A stretch of DNA of 24,840 nt from Thermoflexus sp. (GTDB taxonomy: Bacteria > Chloroflexota > Anaerolineae > B4-G1 > DUEL01). This document shows, in pieces, positions 23,063 to 24,840 of the stretch (position 1 is its first letter; each line of letters starts with the position of its first letter). A program made the position numbers and the translations under genes. Below the pieces are notes generated by a model, which worked only from the letters and a program-made list of their open reading frames with translations, ran no database searches and was not told the DNA's origin. The DNA is taken from contig JAPYWT010000001.1 in NCBI GenBank assembly GCA_028276215.1, positions 1-24,840 on the forward strand, written 5' to 3'.

Positions 23063-23091
23063 ATTATACCAACTCCCAAATGGGGAGTCAA
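23063..23091 (-). promoter_or_regulatory. sigma70-type promoter with extended -10, driving the glycan operon leader
   Basis: Minus strand reads TTGACT (23091-23086), 17 nt, TATAAT (23068-23063), with TGn directly before the -10. Confidence 0.8.
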
Positions 23092-23234
23092 TAGTAAAAA
23101 TGTAACTATCATGCTTCCGTAACTGACCTGTAACACACTTGAGGTCTGGAAGAGGAGAAATGCAAGAGGGAAGAAAATTTGGGGCAGTCGGTAAGATTAT
23201 CCGTTCCCAATCCTTGTCGCGAGGAAATCTCATT

Positions 23235-24122
23235 TTATGAAAAACCGAACAGGCGCAGAACGGCGTCCGGCACCCAGAAGCCGCCCACCCGCAGCAGGGT
23301 GCGGACCAGGATAGAGCCCACCAGCAACGCGGCGCTGACCGCGATGAGCACGTAATCGCGCGGCGCGTACCGGAGTTCGTGCAGCCAGGTCCGGGGACGC
23401 AACCCGAAACAGCGCAGGTCCATCGCGTTCACGATGTCCTCCGCGCCGACAATGGCGTTGATAGTCACCGGAACAATCAGCGGGGCCATCTTGCGAATCT
23501 GGGCCAACAACCCGCCCTCCAGTTTCTCCACCTCATACCCGCGCGCCCGCTGAGCATCCAGCGTCAGGCTGAAATCGCGGGCCAGGGTCGGCACGAACCG
23601 GAAGGCCAGGTCCATAGAAAAGGCCACCTTGTCCGGAAGGCCCAGACGGCGGAACGTGACGCCGTAGTGGTTGGGGTTGAAGGTAAAGGCCACCGGGATG
23701 AAGAGGATGGCAATCGTCAGCATCCGCATCATCTGGGCCAGGGCGAAGACGATTTTCTCCACCGTGATGATGGGATGGATGGTCCAACCCACCCCCGGCA
23801 CCGCCCACCGCGCCTCCCAGAGAACGTGACCGGCGCCCCGCAGAATCTCGGTAGACCCCCCGCGCCCGGTGATAACCGCGTTGATCCCGATGATGACGAC
23901 CACCAGAATCAGGACAAACGTCCAGACCCGCCGGGTCTCCTTCCATGTCAGCCGGGCCAGGAAATAGTACATCAGCGACAGCCCCATGAAAAAGGCCAGG
24001 AAGCGGAGATCCCAGAACTGGATGACGGAGAACATGACCGCCAGGAGAAAAATCCACCGCGCCCGGGGGTCCAGTTTCTGGATCAGGGTATTCCGTTCCC
24101 GGTATCGCCAGGCAATTAACAT
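23235..24122 (-). CDS. ecfT: Energy-coupling factor transporter transmembrane component T
   Basis: LIQKLDPRAR N-terminus, LAFRFVPTL, and the two Arg motifs AQRARG and AMDLRCF. AGGAG SD. Confidence 0.92.
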   Translation of the reverse strand: MLIAWRYRERNTLIQKLDPRARWIFLLAVMFSVIQFWDLRFLAFFMGLSLMYYFLARLTWKETRRVWTFVLILVVVIIGINAVITGRGGSTEILRGAGHVLWEARWAVPGVGWTIHPIITVEKIVFALAQMMRMLTIAILFIPVAFTFNPNHYGVTFRRLGLPDKVAFSMDLAFRFVPTLARDFSLTLDAQRARGYEVEKLEGGLLAQIRKMAPLIVPVTINAIVGAEDIVNAMDLRCFGLRPRTWLHELRYAPRDYVLIAVSAALLVGSILVRTLLRVGGFWVPDAVLRLFGFS

Positions 24123-24135
24123 CCCGCGCTCCTGG

Positions 24136-24172
24136 GAAGGTGACAGTCACCTTTCCGGTGACTGTCACCTTC
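24136..24172. repeat. REPIN-like nested palindrome between the S-component gene and ecfT
   Basis: GAAGGTGACAGTCACC-TTTCC-GGTGACTGTCACCTTC has perfect 16-bp arms, and each arm is itself a GGTGAC-N-GTCACC palindrome. Confidence 0.8.
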
Positions 24173-24177
24173 AACTC

Positions 24178-24726
24178 TCAGCGGCCCGTTCGGCCCACAA
24201 TGGCAGCATAGGCGACCATCAGGATGGGCACCAGGATGATCCCGTTGACGATGTTGGTGAGGGCGGCGGGCGCGAAGTAGCCGACAATGGCGGTATTCAG
24301 GTCAATCCCAGAGACCCACATCTCCGAAAGCGAGGCCAGCCCCATGCCGACGATGACGCCCAGAATGGAAAACAGGTCAGCAATGATGAAAGAGCGGGTG
24401 GCCCGATAGTCAGCGATCATAGAGGCGGCGAAGCCCGGGATCAACCCCATCAGGCCGTTGCCCAGGTCCCACCAGAACCAGAAGCCGAAGCCGGAGATGG
24501 CATCTCCAATGATGTTGCCCAGGAAGCCGCTGATGAAGCCGACCCAGGGGCCGAAGGCCACGCCGAAAAACATGGGGATACAGACGGCGGGCCGAAGGGC
24601 CAGATTGCCCGCCGCGGGCAGCGCAATCATGTTGGTGGCGAAGGAGAGGACGCCGTACAGCGCCGCGCCCAGGGCGGAGTAGACGACCTCGCGGGTGCCG
24701 AAGGCATACCACTTTTTGCGCTCCAT
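24178..24726 (-). CDS. ECF transporter S-component (UPF0397-like), substrate unknown
   Basis: 182 aa hydrophobic protein with TREVV..ALGAALY.VL, LRPA, FGPWVGFISGFLGN..GD and W.W..GNGLMG patterns. Adjacent to ecfT; AAAAGGAGG SD. Confidence 0.88.
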   Translation of the reverse strand: MERKKWYAFGTREVVYSALGAALYGVLSFATNMIALPAAGNLALRPAVCIPMFFGVAFGPWVGFISGFLGNIIGDAISGFGFWFWWDLGNGLMGLIPGFAASMIADYRATRSFIIADLFSILGVIVGMGLASLSEMWVSGIDLNTAIVGYFAPAALTNIVNGIILVPILMVAYAAIVGRTGR

Positions 24727-24840
24727 GGGAACCTCCTTTTGTCAGTTTGTGGATGAGCCGATACGATTGGGGAGCAGTAGACGGTCCACTTTTGTTCCCG
24801 CTATCACCTCCTTCCCGCAGGATGGGTTCAGCGGCGGCGG

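Noticed and set aside
22790-23136. Small ORFs in the operon leader (22790-22999, 22818-23027, 22894-23136)
   Set aside because: Low-complexity Pro/Ser/Leu translations of the C-rich tract, with poor SD spacing. Two of them run through the terminator hairpin.
24742-24813. ATCACCTCCTT (16S 3'-end-like; AAGGAGGTGAT on the minus strand) and a 15-codon GTG mini-ORF at 24789-24742
   Set aside because: No rRNA context. The SD-to-GTG spacing of 13 nt is too long for a confident leader peptide, and the region is truncated by the window edge.
24727-24840. Possible riboswitch upstream of the ECF S-component
   Set aside because: Only fragmentary resemblance to TPP or cobalamin motifs, with core consensus elements missing. 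It needs an Infernal search on the extended sequence.

Overview
GC-rich bacterial DNA, most likely Chloroflexota/Anaerolineae (inferred from protein style and repeat types). Nearly all genes lie on the minus strand. Right to left: (1) An ECF transporter S-component and EcfT, separated by a perfect 16-bp nested palindrome. (2) A near-consensus sigma70 promoter (TTGACT-17-TATAAT) followed by a ~500-nt leader containing a C-rich anti-SD-like tract and an intrinsic terminator. (3) A ~16-kb, 13-gene, tightly coupled surface-glycan operon: DPM1-like GT2, GT2, GT4, a hypothetical protein, an (alpha/alpha)6-barrel protein, a QxxRW GT2, a Wzx flippase, an ~850-aa membrane-anchored protein with repeated DxDxDG loops, a GT-C-like membrane protein, GT2, GT4, DUF1616 and a TPR-CPBP protease. 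It converges on a lone plus-strand 79-aa Thr-rich two-TM microprotein. (4) A coaBC-led operon whose predicted ~450-nt 5' leader is filled by a modular palindromic repeat array. It continues with a flavodoxin-like gene, a low-GC DUF433/DUF5615 toxin-antitoxin pair, a probable internally deleted UPF0158 remnant, a class-V PLP enzyme, an AAA+ ATPase and an apparently orphan MNT nucleotidyltransferase. The best candidate for an undescribed system is the microprotein + CPBP protease + DUF1616 + GT-C + glycosyltransferase/flippase locus, which may be an archaeal-like protein-processing and glycosylation system for a small surface subunit. All family calls come from motif recognition without database searches.
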